Part shown: positions 49,978 to 64,000 of the stretch, in pieces
Numbering within the stretch: position 1 is the stretch's first letter
Layout of the letters: each line of letters starts with the position of its first letter
Source of the DNA: Lytechinus pictus
Lineage: Eukaryota
Length of the DNA stretch: 64,000 nucleotides
Assembly (NCBI RefSeq): GCF_037042905.1
Contig: NC_087252.1
Span: forward strand, 18,478,001 to 18,542,000
Direction: 5' to 3'
Notes under the pieces: model-generated
What the model was told of the DNA's origin: nothing
What the model saw: the letters and a program-made list of their open reading frames with translations, nothing else
Database searches by the model: none
Program-made: the position numbers and the translations under genes

Positions 49978-50242
49978 CCCTCCACCATCATTAGTGAAAG
50001 GACGGTGCAAGTCAATAAGAAATAGTCTTCCATTCCCATTAAAGTAGTATATACTTTTATGAATCAAAGCATATTACATGTTCACGCGAATACTATACAT
50101 ATTTTTTCTTTTATTTCTCTGCTAGTCATTGCTGTATGGTTTGTTAATTTGTGTCTTGTTAAAACCTCTCATACTTGCAATCCAATCAAATCCTATGTAG
50201 TAGACGTTTTATGTATCGCATTTTCCTTTCGGTTACAAAGCG

Positions 50243-50284
<42 letters not shown>

Positions 50285-51556
50285 CACCATGTAGTGTATA
50301 AATCAGATAGCATAAAAGTAATTATCAGGGTATTTGATATGGAAGACATTGACTGTAAAGAAAGTAAAACAGCCCCGGAGATGATAAGCATTTACCCCAA
50401 ACACTGCGAGTTATTATTGTTTATAGTTTACCTCACCAGAGACTTTATATTCACATTAAAGTACTTATGTACATGTGCAAATACATTTGTCATCAACCAA
50501 AGATAAAAAAATTGAATAATATAAACTCGTCAGAATATGTACACTGACAGTTAATGAATAGTAATAATTCGCGAAATATTTTGAAATAGCTTCATTTCAA
50601 TTGTCGAACCCATGTATTATTTTTGCATATGTTTCGAGATATATCCAATATTCTTTTACAGTCTGTAACAATATGTTACAGTCTTAGTATATCTGAAACA
50701 TTGCTCCGGGAAAATTAGGAAAACTATTACATAATATAGTATTATGTCAAAAGTGTATAAATACCAATGACTCGATCTAGTCCTGATTTTCAGGCTAATG
50801 AAAACGTTTGAACCCTGGAACATGTTCCGTTCATTAAAATGTTAAAATTCTCGTCATTATTTGTGTCTTCAAGTTGATATCATGTTCTTTTGGAAAAAAA
50901 TAATATAGCACACTTGATATTTCTTCCATTACACTGTAAAAAATACTGTTGATTGATAAATATATTTACTACCACGAGGGAACTTGTGTGTCCAACCAAT
51001 TTTGGGCAGTATTTTACCCAATGCGGTATGGTTAAAAACTAAGCAGCAATTTCATCACACTGGATAAATAAAAATGCCCCCCGCCCCCCCAAAAAAAGTG
51101 CCCAATTTTATTTGGACACATGATTACCCTCATGGAGCATTATTACCCACTGTTTATTTTTATTTTTTCACTGTACCAATAAACAGCCAGAACAGGCAAG
51201 GAGTGGATTTGAAATATGTGTGTGTATAAGAGGTGTAATTCTAAAAGAAATTCTGATTTAGATTTAAAAAATATGATATTGATAGTTAATTCATGTTTCA
51301 AGTCTCAATATTTATTTCATTTCAACTCCGTATATAGGCATGCCTCTACATAGTAAAGTAGGATTATAGCCATAGAAGCAAATTTCCAATCCCATGATTA
51401 TATATATATTCATGCAATCATATTTTTTAAATCGCGTATGGCAAGCAGAAAAAAGTATATGACATCTGTATTCTTTTTCAATTAATAAATTTTGTAATAG
51501 TAAAATTGTGGAAATTGAGGGATCCACAATAGTGTGGTCTTTTTGCTGTGGATCCC

Positions 51557-51897
51557 TACGGAGCCCGGTAAGGGACATGGTAAAAATATTTGTTATGTCG
51601 TTTTAAGAGATTGGTTTGTCAGCTTAACAAGATAAGTTTTCGCTTTAAGGAGACAATTATCTCGCTTTAACGAGATACTAAGTGGTTACCATGAAATACT
51701 TTGTAATGAAAATGAGCTACAATGTCATTAAAGATTCATTGTCCTTAAAAATAATGAGACACACACGTTAAAAAGAGATACTAATTTACTATGTAATTAA
51801 AATGAAAAACCAAGTCGTTAAACAACATACTATATCATAAAAAAGAGATGTAAATGAAAATAAAAATATTTTTACCATGTCCCTTCCCGGACTCGTA
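51557..51897. mobile_element. IS3EU-like MITE
   Basis: TACGGAGCCCGGTAAGGGACATGGTAAAAA / TTTTTACCATGTCCCTTCCCGGACTCGTA; tcgtttaa-cgagata repeats; a further partial right end at ~52130-52156. Confidence 0.65.
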
Positions 51898-52176
51898 TAT
51901 TTTTGTATAGGTGTTAGCATGGTAGCCTAACTAGTGCTAGCGCAGTCTCGCCTCGGGAGTGCTAAACGCATGTCGTTAAAACGAGTATCTCTGCTGCTTT
52001 TAAGAGATACTATGCCATTATTGTCTTATCGATACATAAGTCGTTAAAGCGACACACTATGTATTCAAAATGGTACACTGTGTTTACAAAAATTGATTAA
52101 ATCAATTATTCTTAATGACCTTGGAATAATTTTACCATGTACCTTCATGGGCTCTGATGATCATTCAAATAATGTT

Positions 52177-52590
52177 TTTTTTTTTCTCTTTGCCTCTTCC
52201 TTGAGGATTTATTGTTTCAAAATATTTACATACATACATATTTACATAGGAATAACTTTTTTCAAGAGTCAAATGATATAATATTTATAACAGGAATTAC
52301 AATATATCAATAATTTTCTTGACCTCTAATACACAAAGTTGTTTAGATCCGTAATGATTTAAATAAAACTTCAAATATGAAACAAATTCCGTGATCAATC
52401 TCTTATTGCTATGATTTAGATTTTGAAGGTTGCATTTTACATAATGATTATAAACTACAAACTGGGCAACATTGATTGTCAAATTAATAAGATCAAATTT
52501 TGAGTTGTCTATTTTATACCCAATTACCAATGTTTTCATAGTTATCACCATTTCTTCTTTGAAAATAAAATAAACAATCCTTGATATGAT
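52177..52590 (-). mobile_element. 5'-truncated L1/Tx1-like LINE 3' end
   Basis: ORF2 C-terminus-like IGYKIDNSKFDLINLTINVAQFVVYN, AATAAA plus poly-A, candidate TSD AATAATGTT. Confidence 0.6.
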
Positions 52591-55500
52591 AATAATGTTA
52601 TTAATTAGGTTATTCTTTGAAGTCATGTAGAATCCCTATGTTTAAAGATTTTGTTATTCACACTATTTCTAGCTGGTCATTAAAAGAGTCTTACTCTTCA
52701 AATATAATTAGGTAAGATTACAAGAAAAAGAAATCTGTATTATTACCATGCATGATTACGGCTAAGTTAGTGTCGAATTAATATTAACTATAATGATATT
52801 ATGACATGTACTAATGATTTTGTAAATACATTGTATACATTTTCATTTATTCATTACTACTGAAAATGAACTTACATTGAATATAAAAAGTAATTCCGTG
52901 TCCATAAGCTTGAAAATATCTAATAAACTTCTATTATGACATACATAAGTTTCGCTATTTGTTGGGGGAAATATTCATAGGCCAAGAAACTTGTGTGCAT
53001 CTGGGTTTGGTAATTAAATTGAATGTTTATTTTAGAATTGATTAGTTTTATTTATGCCACTAAATGACTTTTTGTTTAGCCTAAGATTAAAGTAAAGAAA
53101 AAACCCACCAGTTTTTCCTTTTCCAGTACACACATGACTATTTTCCGCCTGTATGATGCAGGACGACATATTAGCCAAGTGATTTACCATTTTTAAAAGC
53201 CCTGTCATGGCTGTGATACTACTTGAAGATCAACAATAATGATATGCATAATACCTTTTTTGTGGATGGAAAGGTTTGAAAATTGTCTGTATGCCCTTTC
53301 ACTAAACCCCCTAAGACACGCTTTGTTTATCATCAATATAATTAAAGATCCCTCAAAACCCATTTTTTCCCAAATAATGTTGATCTACGAATTTTCTATC
53401 ATGAATTAAGCCGTCGGTTATCAGGTTGTTTGCTTTCATGCTTTATTTATCAATCAGGTAAAAATCACCACCTTCGTTGTCTAAATGAGGAAGGTACTCG
53501 TACATTCGCTCATGTATGCTTGTGTTTGTAATGTTTGTGCATTTGGGCCAAAATATTCCTAAGGATGTCATGTTTCAACAATGTATTGATACCTTTAATG
53601 AGTAAAGATAAGCATTAATTATAAAATATTCAAGGGATATTTCTTTTCTCAAAATTGTAGGTAAACACTGACCTTATATCCCCATCATGTCTATGATGCC
53701 ATTTTCGGCGGCGGGAGTGGGAGGCGGATCAGCCTAATGTGTTCTCTTGTTTTCATTGATAAGTTTTTTTTATATAGACCTTGCTATATGTCAAACTGAT
53801 ATCAGTTTCATTAATTTACTGTTCAAGAAGGAATTAGGGGAAAATGTGTGGGAGTGTACCGGCTGTGTGAGGGTGTGTTGGTATGTGTGTGAGTGTTTCT
53901 GTTTTTGCGCGTAATTATGTATGTGTAAACATGCGTCTTTGTTCTATTAGGTTAGTAAATTGCCTATTCGTCTACTGCCATCCCGTCCGCTCACCACATG
54001 GTCTACCTTCATTATGTCTCATGCCATTTCGTCCAAAATTTCGTCTACCATCCATTTAGTCCAATACCATTTAGGCTAATGGCAACTCGTCCATTAATCG
54101 GTTTTTCCAATGTTCATTTAGTCCAATAGCCAGGTTGGCTAATATAAGTTTGTCCAATACACAAATTGTCTATTTATCAACTCTACCAATTTCCATTTCG
54201 TCTAATTATCATTTCCTCCTCCACCCATTAGGTAAAGTAATCAGTTCATCTATCAACCAAATCGTCTAATAACCATTTCGTCCAATCCTAAATCATACAA
54301 TAGTTATTTAGTCTAATAGCCAATTGGTCCAAAAGCTATTGTGTCTAACACAAATACGTTGCGATATCCGAACGGGGGGGGGGGGGGGGGGGGTGCAAAA
54401 TGACTTTGTAATTATAGGTACCTTCAAATTATTAAAGATAAATATGATAAAGAAATCGTGATCATAACTTGGCGTACTATCAGGAATGGAATGATGTGGT
54501 ACAGCGAAACAGCACCCCTCGCTCTCTCACTCTATCACATCACGCTTAGAAGGGGGGGGGGGGGGTGGAGTGGTTAATAATAACAAAATTGAAATAGGTT
54601 CCTTTGATTTGGAATTATACCATCCATTCTATTCTTGTTTTTAAATGATTATCATCATTGATCATTATCAAATGATAGTGATAATACTGATTAATAAATA
54701 AAAAAATATTAATAGTAATAAATAATGATAGGAATAATAGTAATAAAAAAGAATGGTAATATAATATTAGTAATAACAGCTATTGGCGGCACACAAAAAA
54801 GAGGAGAGAAAAATGGGAAAGGAGGGGGAGAAAAGGGTATAGGTAAAATAAGACGAGGAAGACAAATGAATAAACAGGAGAAGACCTGGAAAATGAATTC
54901 TTCCATTTCCTACATTTTTAGCTACATCGTGTCTCGCGCTGGCATTGCTTGCTCGATGAGATACATCTTGCGTAAGAACATTATTATAAAAGAGCTTACG
55001 GATGTAGATTAAAAGTCAATATTTACAAACATATTTGTGCTCGGGTACCAAGCTTTTATTATTTTGTTTGGTTTAACATGTGATTTTGAATAAATGCTCG
55101 GTAAAATGTCCCGTAAGTTTTAAGGTTGTCTGAGTTAAAAAAAATTCAGCTCGCGCTCGCATTATTTTATTTTCTGAAGTACCTATATTCTCTTCATGAA
55201 TTCCATACTCTGTTCAGGTCTGAAACATTTTTTTGGTCTAGCACTGCGCGCTTGCGTAAATATATGTATAATTTTATGTGAATTCCAACAAGGACTTGTG
55301 ATATGTATAATTGTATGTAAATTTTTTGTGAATTCCAAAAACTCCTGCTTCATGACAGTTCATTAACATTTCGACTCGCGCTCGCATCGATTGTTATAAA
55401 TGATTTAACAATTATCCAGCATGTATATGATTTCCAAAAGATTCCATAATATCTCATTATAGGCCTATTTGATTAATGAGATACGCTACTCATAGTTGAT

Positions 55501-56917
55501 TTTATATGTGTTTCTTGGAAGGGGACGTCCTAATATCCCATTATAGGCCATTTGATGAATGATATACGCTGCTCAAAGTTGATTTTGTGTTTTTTCTTGG
55601 AAGAGGAAGTCCTATAAAAACAGTCACTTCATAGCTAAATCAATCATCTCATAAGCCCTAATAAAATTATGTGAGCGCAAAACACCAGCTTAAATTTGTG
55701 GAAATTTAATGTATTTTGTCCGGAATATGAACATTCTGACCAATGTTTGTGATCCTGAACAAGATGTATATGTGACTAAAATAAAGGCGAACATAATTCT
55801 TTAATATGCGGTCTGGTCGGATCGAAAAGGGACGAAACATATTTCAAAAATCAAATAATGCGAGCGCGAAGCGCTAACAATTTTTTTTATATTCTGATCT
55901 GAAACGGGATAAGGTAAGCTAGTAGACTATTAACAAAGCATTCGGCGCATTTTTGGTGTTTTAAGAAGCACATTTGCTCTAATAAAAATGCTGATAGTTT
56001 AAAAACAAGCACATGAACCCCTATTTTTTAATGTTTGTACCTCTTAGGTATACCTTCCTCTATAACTCTGCAAATTTTGGTGAAAATGACATGGATTTTG
56101 AATTAAGTGCAGCATTTATTGTACGTTTGTAGTTTGTTACTGAAATTTTGCATTTGTTATAGATAGGGATTTTGATATCTTTTACGCCATTTTTAAGAAC
56201 TGACAGTGCCGTTAAACTTAAAATTGCAAACAGATAGCACTATAAATAGATTCTTCATTCTAACGATACGATTATCAACTCTCTTGCGAAATTTGATGAC
56301 TTTTTCATGTATTTTGACTGAGTAATAGAGGTTTCAACTCATTGTAGTTATTTTGGGCGGTCTAAAAATGCGAAATTCTTTTGAATGCGCAATTCTTAAG
56401 AACATCAATTTGGGTGAACTTTGAAGCTCTATAGCAAAAAATCAAGCACATGGACCTATGTTAATTTTTGCATATTTCGAATATTAAGGTTCTAAAGTAT
56501 CTATATGCAAAGTTTGGTGAAAATTACATGGATTTCACTTTAACTGTGGAACGTCCTTAAGAGTAGACTCTAGATCTAATGTTAGGACGTAGGTTTAGTC
56601 GACTAGATCTAACTTTATACTCTAACGTTAGTCTAAATTTCAAGACTGAACTTTAGATCTAACGTTAGCTAGACCCTATACAGAATCAGACCCTAATTTG
56701 GTTCCTAAAAATATCTAACCTAGGCCTAGTACTAGGGTCTATCGGTATGAACTGCTCGGGAACTGCTTTGATATTCGATTTTGAGACCTAACTTCAGGGT
56801 CAGGGCTAAGTTAGGGTCTAGACCTAACGTTAGCATGGGGCCAGGGGCAGGCTTTTTTGTTTTAGTTTTACTAGATCTAGACCTAGACTATGCCCTGACG
56901 TTAGATCTAATGTTTAA

Positions 56918-57502
56918 AGGGGAATCCAGCCTTGGTCATAAACTGTTGTGTTGGGAAGGAGAAAAATAAATTAAACAGAATGGTGAAAGTTTGAAAGAAA
57001 TCGGACAACCAACAAGAAAGTTATAGCTGCTTTAAAATTGAGATCACTAATACTATGTAGATTTCAAATTGGCAACTGGGTAAGTAAATTATGACAAGGG
57101 GCAAGGACAACTTTCCCATAGGCCGAGTACTTTATTATCAGGGATTTGTGGTTTTCTCCTAAGTACCCATTCTCCTGGGGTAGTAATCTAGATATAATCC
57201 AGGTAGTATATTGTTTTATGTCCTCATGATAGAAAAATATAATTTGAAATAAAACTTTTTGGAAAAATGACATTTTAGCCATAATATGTATTGGAGTACA
57301 TGGAAAAGTAGTCCGTGCCTTACATCACTATGACATCCCATATGCGGCCAATTTGAAGTCTCCATGAGTATAGTGATTACAACTTTTAAAAATTCATAAC
57401 TTTCTTGTTGTTTGTCCAATATTGTTCAAACTTTCACCTATCAACTTGTCTGATTTTTCTTTTTCTTATAAAAACAAATTTTTATTTGGGTTGGATTCCC
57501 CT
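56918..57502. mobile_element. Kolobok-like MITE
   Basis: AGGGGAATCCAGCC / GGTTGGATTCCCCT with TTAA TSD. Confidence 0.85.
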
Positions 57503-58447
57503 TTAATAATTCGGTTCATAAAATATATATGGACTGCTTTTATATTCGAGACATGGTTGTTTCAATTCGGCTCGCGAGTACCGCATCGTCCAGACCATGC
57601 CCTCGGGAATAGGTGCGTTGCGGTCCCCTTGAGCCTCTAGAAACAACCATGCCTCTGAAAGCAGTCCATATATCTATATTATAAATGGGCAACAATTTCA
57701 CATGAATGTCAGAAAACAAGATGTAGCACACATAGCAGTCGTGCAATAAACGTCATTTTAACGTCAATTTAGTTAATATTGACAGGCATAGAATCAGATA
57801 CAAACCTATATTGCCCGATGTGAGTCCAATATCAATATATCAAGTATTGGATTCAGATCTCATTCTATGCCAGTTAATATTATCATTATTACCTATATAT
57901 GGTAAATTGATTCAAAACTCCATAATGTAAAAATATTTGCAATAGTCTGTAAACACAGTCACACCCGCTATATTTAGAATTTTCTCCACACATTTGACTC
58001 ACCTTTTTATAGGCTCCCCTGAAAATCATTCATTATAGGCCTACTTGTAATGCATAATCCTCCATTAATGTTAGTTGAAAAAGATGCAAACAATCATGAA
58101 CGCAGCAAATACAATTCTAGCGAAAAACTAGCGAATCTCTTGGAAGCCATTTTCTCACGTCAAATACACACTGCGCATACACATAGTTATTTGTCTATGT
58201 GCATGTGCATGGCATGCATCGCACTATGCGCTGCGCTGTACAGAGCCTCGCTGCGCTACAACTGCGGTTGCTTCACAAACTGGTTCCAACTGGATTTCGC
58301 GAATATTGCCCGCTCTTAAATTTACACACAAAGTCAATGGGAAAACCCGGAAAAGAGAAAATTCAGCACGATATTGACCGCTGCGAAATCAGAGAATGCA
58401 AATTATGGATAATGATTGCCATGGAGAAACACCTTGTATAGGTAATT

Positions 58448-58713
58448 AAATAATAATAATGTAGGATTTGTAAAGCGCACGTATCCACCTTGCTAGGTGC
58501 TCCTATATTACCCCGGCTTAGCTAGTCTACCGATTCTGGTGCGCACAGCTTTGTGAGGAATTACTTCCTGCCGCTGCCGATACCCATTTACCTCACCTGG
58601 GTCGAGTGCAGCACATTGTGGATAAATTTCTTGCTGAAGGAATGGCTATGATTCGAACCCACGACCCTCTGTTTGAAAGGCGAGAGTCAGAACCACTAGA
58701 CCACGGCGCACCC
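58448..58713 (-). mobile_element. tRNA-derived SINE
   Basis: Minus strand: A box TGGTCTAGTGG, B box GGTTCGAATC, core tgctgcactcgacccaggtgagg, (ATT)n tail; homologue at 63438-63704. Confidence 0.85.
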
Positions 58714-58986
58714 ACTGGACCAATTCCAATCCTTATACAAAACACAATACTTGAATAATCGAAAATGCACAATGATGATAATGCAATGTGGTTCTTGAGA
58801 ATAGCTCCTTTCCCTTTCATTTTAATTATCGCGCCCTATTTTCTCCCGAAAGATAGATGATGGCTGTTAGAAATTAGTTTCATCCTTATTCAATATTAAT
58901 CTCATCGTAAAGTGGTAAATCGGTGATTTTATTTACGAAATTCAATACATAACACAATAGTGATATCATCCATACCAACGCCTGTA

Positions 58987-60246
58987 TTGTCTCACCTGCA
59001 TAGCAGAGCGAGATTACAGTTGTCACTTTTCCGACTGCGGTGACGGCGTCGTCAACATTAAAATCTCAACCAAGGTTAAGTTTTTGAAATATCATCAAAC
59101 CTTAGAAAGTTTCTAATAATATTAAGTGTTCAAGTACATTAACTTCATTTAACGCCAAGTTAAAAAACGTGTATATAAGTGAATATTCAAAATATTTTTT
59201 TCTTGCCTAATTCTACACTTACCCCGATTGTCCCCGTCCACTTGTATGTATGCTGGTAATTGCTGATGCTGTGTGCATATTTTTCATTTGATTTTCATAT
59301 ATATTTTACCTTGTTTTACTGGGAGCTACAACTCACAAGTTCTTATGGATTTTTCAGTAGTTCCCGTTTTTCTCTGATGTAATTTTCATTCTTGTACATA
59401 TTGTATATATATTTTTTATATTGTTGAGAGAATAAAATTGAACTTGATTTAATTGAACTTGACTTAGTATGTAAACCGAGTTCATGAAACTTAGGCACAA
59501 TAGTAATCAACTATTACTGATCATCTTGCTCGAGTTTCAGATCACATGACAAAGATCAAATGTCATTTAGGGTCAATGAACTTAAACCATGTTCGGGGGG
59601 TAGTCAATATCGACATATTAACTTGTTAACCAAGGTCAAGTGTTTGAAATGTCATCACAACTTTAAATGTTTATAGATCTGGTTCATGAAACTTAAACAT
59701 AGGGGGTTATGGTGCATCACTGATGATCGTGCCTGAGTTTCAGGTCGCATGACCAAAGTCAAAGGTCATCTTAGTGTCATCAAACTTTGGCCATGTTGAG
59801 GGTACTTGGAGAATTGTCATAACTTTACAATTTTATAGATATAGTTGATGAAACTTGGACATAAGAACAATCATGTATTCCAGAACACTTTGTGCACATT
59901 TCAGGTAACATAACCAAGGTCAAATGCCATTTAAGGTCAATGAACCTCGGCAGTGTTCGGGGTATGTGAGTTGGCATCATAATTTGGAAAGTTTATGGAT
60001 ATACATGTAGTTTATGAAACATAGCCATAAGGACGATCAAGTTTGAATGATTGTATTACCAAAGTGTTGAGTCACATGATCAAAGTCAAAGGTCATTTTA
60101 GGTCAATGGACATAATGGACATAGCACTTTATTATCATATGTTTTCTTTTGTAATTTTAATATTTAATAGTTGTTTTCATAGTCCGCACAGCTCCTATAT
60201 CAATTCGCGTAATGCAGGGGAGACTGCCAGATTCGTTCCACTCGTT
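58987..60246 (+). mobile_element. Older HINE/DINE-1-like copy (same family as 20453-21437)
   Basis: ttgtctcacctgcatagcagag start, gcaggggagactgccag...ccactcgtt end; contains a retroposon 3' fragment ~59113-59463 ending AATAAA plus (ttgaac)n. Confidence 0.75.
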
Positions 60247-60845
60247 AAGTAAATTGATTATGACTGCCTCTACACCAATTAGAAACATATCAATTAATAG
60301 ATAGCGCCATAACGGTGTTGACAATGCATTGTCAATAAAGATTTTATCAAATACGCAAATATAATATTGGTGAAAAGTTGATTATTAACAATATTGACTC
60401 CAAATAAAGGCGCATGGCAAGGCAATGTACAGATGGAGGGAGAAGGGATAGCTGGTAGGGCACATAATAACCTCCCCCTTTTTAGCAATTGTGATATTGA
60501 TATATGTTATTCTTGCATGACCATGTCCTAAGAAAATAACCTTAAATATAGGATATGGGAAACTCAATTTAAAGAAGAATATAACACTTGGAACAACTTA
60601 CGACCCCCCCCAGAAGAAGAGAATTATTGAGAAAAATTTAAAATTTGTAAAGAAAATCACGATCATTTGAACGTTAAGATCACTAATGCTGTGGAAATGT
60701 TCCTGTTGGCAATGGGAACACGATTTGTGATGTCACAGAACTCTCCCCCTTGAACATTAACAAAATAGCCTTAAAACACATTTTTTGCTCGTTTAAATGA
60801 TAGTAGAAACCACTTTCTTATGATACATTTTATGAAACCTCAGTT

Positions 60846-61395
60846 CCCGGGGGGCCACTTCCATTCACGAGTGGATACCATGCGCGACCATGGGGTCTCG
60901 AAAAGCACCCTAAACACGTAATTTCCATATTCTGAAAATGCACCCCTTAACAAGTATTGGCGTGTGAAACCCTACCCTTAACAAGTATTGGAAACAAAAC
61001 GATACTCTTGGCAAATATTCCCTGAAATGAACCCCTAAACAAGTACAGGAATGTTTTATTGTTACGGGTCCTTCGGTCGTCGGCTTTACCTTATTTGGTT
61101 TAGTACGACCCCACCTTCTACACCTCGCGCAAATTGGACTCTAAACACGAAGTGTTGGGGCAAAAAGGACATCCTTTATAAAACATTTTAATTTTGTTTT
61201 ATCATCCCCGCAAATTCGACCCTAAACACGTAATTGTCCTAGCGAAATAGATACCCTTTTTTCATTATTTTTGTGTTTTTGACACCCTTATCACGTTACG
61301 TACGTAACGTGCCCTATCGTGAAAAAGACATCCTTTTTACGTGTTTTTTTGGTCGCGCATGGTATCCACTCGTCAATGTAAGTGGCCCCCCCGGG
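60846..61395. mobile_element. TIR MITE with CCCGGG ends and 8-bp TSD, unclassified
   Basis: ~45-bp TIR CCCGGGGGGCCACTT...ATGCGCGACCA; TSD CCTCAGTT (60838-60845, 61396-61403); inserted in a degenerate relative of the 29329-29911 Kolobok-like family starting ~60573. Confidence 0.85.
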
Positions 61396-62893
61396 CCTCA
61401 GTTACATTTCTTTTTCCTCCTCGTCGAGGATTTTGTTTACGAAATTCAAAACATACCAATGATAAAAATAACTTTACAATAATGATCTGTAAGCGAAAAT
61501 AAAATTATACAATATAAAAATCGATTTGGCGACGAGACATCTAGATATCTCTTGGTCTTGTCTTATTTGAACGTATCATTTTCTCTACCTCTATTTTTGA
61601 TAAGAAAAATAAGCAAAATTTTACTTCTCTTCAAAATTAGTTTAAAAGTACTGCACACGTAATGAATAGTACAAAGTCTAAATTAGTATTTTTCGAAATA
61701 AATAAATGAATCACATTTCTATTTCAGTATGGAAGACTTTTTATTATCAAACATTTTTTGTGAAAGTAAAAAAGTGGCTGGTTCAATGCACAGTATGAAA
61801 AGAAAACAAAGCATGATTGATGTCTTATTCAACATTACATTTTTCTTCATATATTACTATAATTGATTAAATTCCCCTTTTGAAGTTTTCTTTTTTGATT
61901 GGGAAGTAAATAAAGAAAAGTGAAATTGAAATTCACGATGTCTGTTTTAAATAAAAGCTTGAAATCATGTGACAAAAAATGATTTCAGAGCATTCCTATT
62001 TCAGATTTTTATATCGAAATAATAAAACATGGATTTTCTTTTTCATGTTTTCTAAATATCAACACCTACATTAAGTTCTTAATCCAAAATTGATATTGTA
62101 AATAAAAAGGTAATCCAATGCGAAACACAATCAATATTATTTAATGTTTGAATCGTTTATCTTTTTTCTTTGTTATTGACAGCTCTAAATGTAAAGGTAA
62201 GTCTTTTGCAAAAAATATTTATAATAATCTGTAACCATGTAGGCCTATTTGGCATTGTTAAAAAATCATTAATAAAACACATCATTCACTTTAGTTTTTC
62301 TAGTTATTACCATGTGTGAACCTTATAAAAATTAGTAAAATTTGTAGTAGGTCATTATGAAGTTGTACAAGTATGACATCACACGTGTTGGTTGAATTTC
62401 CAATGGGGGGATGCCCATATCATCAGTGATCACAATATTCAAATGCGCATATCGGTTCAACATTTGTAGATTTTTAAAATTGATTTTTGGTTTAATTGAT
62501 TTTTGGTCTTCATCCACACATCGATTTGCCCCCCATAGTTTGACAACTTCAACAATTAATAATATGCAAAGCCAATATCCCGATATGTTTTAAAAGCAAT
62601 GAAATTGTTTGGAAAGCTCTATAAAACCATTAAAGATAATACACAATGGTATTTTTTTTTCAGCGCTCAGATATTCACTTTTTGCCACCGAATCAAAACA
62701 TAGACCGACACCCGTGTTTACAACAGTTTGGACTCTGACAATATTATCAGCTTTGTATATACATTGAATCAATATTAATATTCATTTACAAGAGATAAAC
62801 CATGTCAATCCTTTGAAAGAAATTACTTGTGTAGAAATCTGAGTCTGTCTGCAACAGGTTAAGCAGTTGAAAACGTTAAAACTGGTACGAACT

Positions 62894-62954
62894 ATGGCTA
62901 AAAAAGCAGTTTTTATATTAGCAGGTGCCATGTTGTTAGTACAAATATTAATTG
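62894..62954 (+). CDS. First coding exon (signal peptide) of a secreted or membrane protein; rest not identified in window
   Basis: ACTATGG start context, MAKKAVFILAGAMLLVQILI, consensus phase-1 donor G|GTAAGT; possible upstream acceptor at 62857. Confidence 0.6.
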
Positions 62955-63437
62955 GTAAGTAGAGGACATTATTCTTAAGTTTCTGAAGAACAGTGTTGGT
63001 CTAAATTCTTCGTTACTCAGAAAATATGAAAAAGTCCGGTGCCCCAAAAGTAAAACCTATATTCGTTAACGATTAATTGCGTTATTTTTCATAATCATTA
63101 CTATTTATTAAAATGCTGTGATACCTTATTCTTTTCAGCATTTGCATATCGTTAAAATCATTTGTATGCAGCATTGTGTGTCTAAATAGGTTAACCTCTA
63201 TAAACCAGTTATGTGAATCCAAACATTTAGTTCGTCTAAGAACAGGCTCATGTAACAGTTTTTTTCGGTGGAAACTGGGACCATTATAGCAGTTTTCTTT
63301 CAGGGGAGACGGGAAATAGGCGGGTAGGAAACACGACTGCGAGAGAGCGTGATCGAGCTTATCACGGGGTTACACGAGTGTAAAACATTTCCAATAGACT
63401 CGTATGTTAAAATTGCACTTAAAAAAAAATAAGGATG

Positions 63438-63704
63438 AATAATAATAATAATAATAATAATAATAGCTGGATTTATAAAGCGCTTTTTGCCTGAGGATAC
63501 AAAGCGCTGCTATTATTACCCCGGCTTTAGCTCAAGCTACAATCACCAGCGCTCAGTGCATGCAAGGAATTACTCCTGCCGGGTACCCATTCACCTCACC
63601 TGGGTCGAGTGCAGCACAGTGTAGATAAATTTCTGGCTGGGATTCGAACCCACGACCCTCTGTTTCAAAGGCGAGAATCAGAACCACTAGACCACGACGC
63701 GCCC
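63438..63704 (-). mobile_element. tRNA-derived SINE, second copy
   Basis: Same head and core as 58448-58713, with a small internal deletion; (ATT)n tail. Confidence 0.85.
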
Positions 63705-64000
63705 GAATGAAATTAGAAGGTTAAATGTTTACTACCTGTGGAAAGGATATATATCTAATATTCCATATCCGAATAGGAAAGGACACCTCAACGTTTAAAA
63801 TTCAATCGGCATATATGAACATATCTCCTGACGGAATCAAATTCATCTCCTGAAGCAGTAAAAAGCGATAATTCTTCCGCCCGTCAAAATAGTTCTAAAG
63901 TAATTGATGTTTCTTCTTAATTCAGGCAAAGAAAGTTTAGTTCAGGTGCCCTAGAATCAGTGTTAGATGACCAACCACATTCATACTCCTTTGTCAATCA

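Noticed and set aside
50932..51174. Possible CACTG-ended MITE; similar decayed IR or fragment candidates at ~7196-7677, 53950-54355 and 57527-57671
   Set aside because: Ends or TSDs too degraded to define boundaries reliably
58640..58713. tRNA-like sequence (also ~63635-63704)
   Set aside because: SINE heads followed by a shared core and ATT tail; no complete cloverleaf

Overview
AT-rich eukaryotic (animal) genomic DNA; the repeat repertoire suggests an invertebrate deuterostome such as a sea urchin (inference). Most of the window is nested, mainly non-autonomous transposon DNA, resolved here by terminal inverted repeats (TIRs) and target-site duplications (TSDs). (1) An RT-deleted Penelope-like (GIY-YIG) retroelement is split by a 17.3-kb CMC/EnSpm-type element (2517-19817). 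That element contains an 11.7-kb CMC-type element and several hAT-, Harbinger- and Academ-like MITEs. (2) A (TA)n hub at ~22-31 kb is packed with TA-inserted elements. (3) A Tc1-like element carries a 6.3-kb Academ-like element with dense YY1-motif arrays. (4) A MULE-like foldback (38040-43771) holds hAT-like and IS3EU-like inserts. Also present: three Helentron-associated HINE/DINE-1-like elements, Kolobok-like MITEs, two tRNA-SINEs and two Penelope-type minimal hammerhead ribozyme motifs. Host genes: the 3' part of a + strand gene made of tandem phase-1 exons encoding diverged death-fold-like domains (~44.3-49.8 kb), and a signal-peptide first coding exon at 62894-62954. Most ORF-track entries are repeat artefacts. 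All family names come from manual motif recognition, not database searches.
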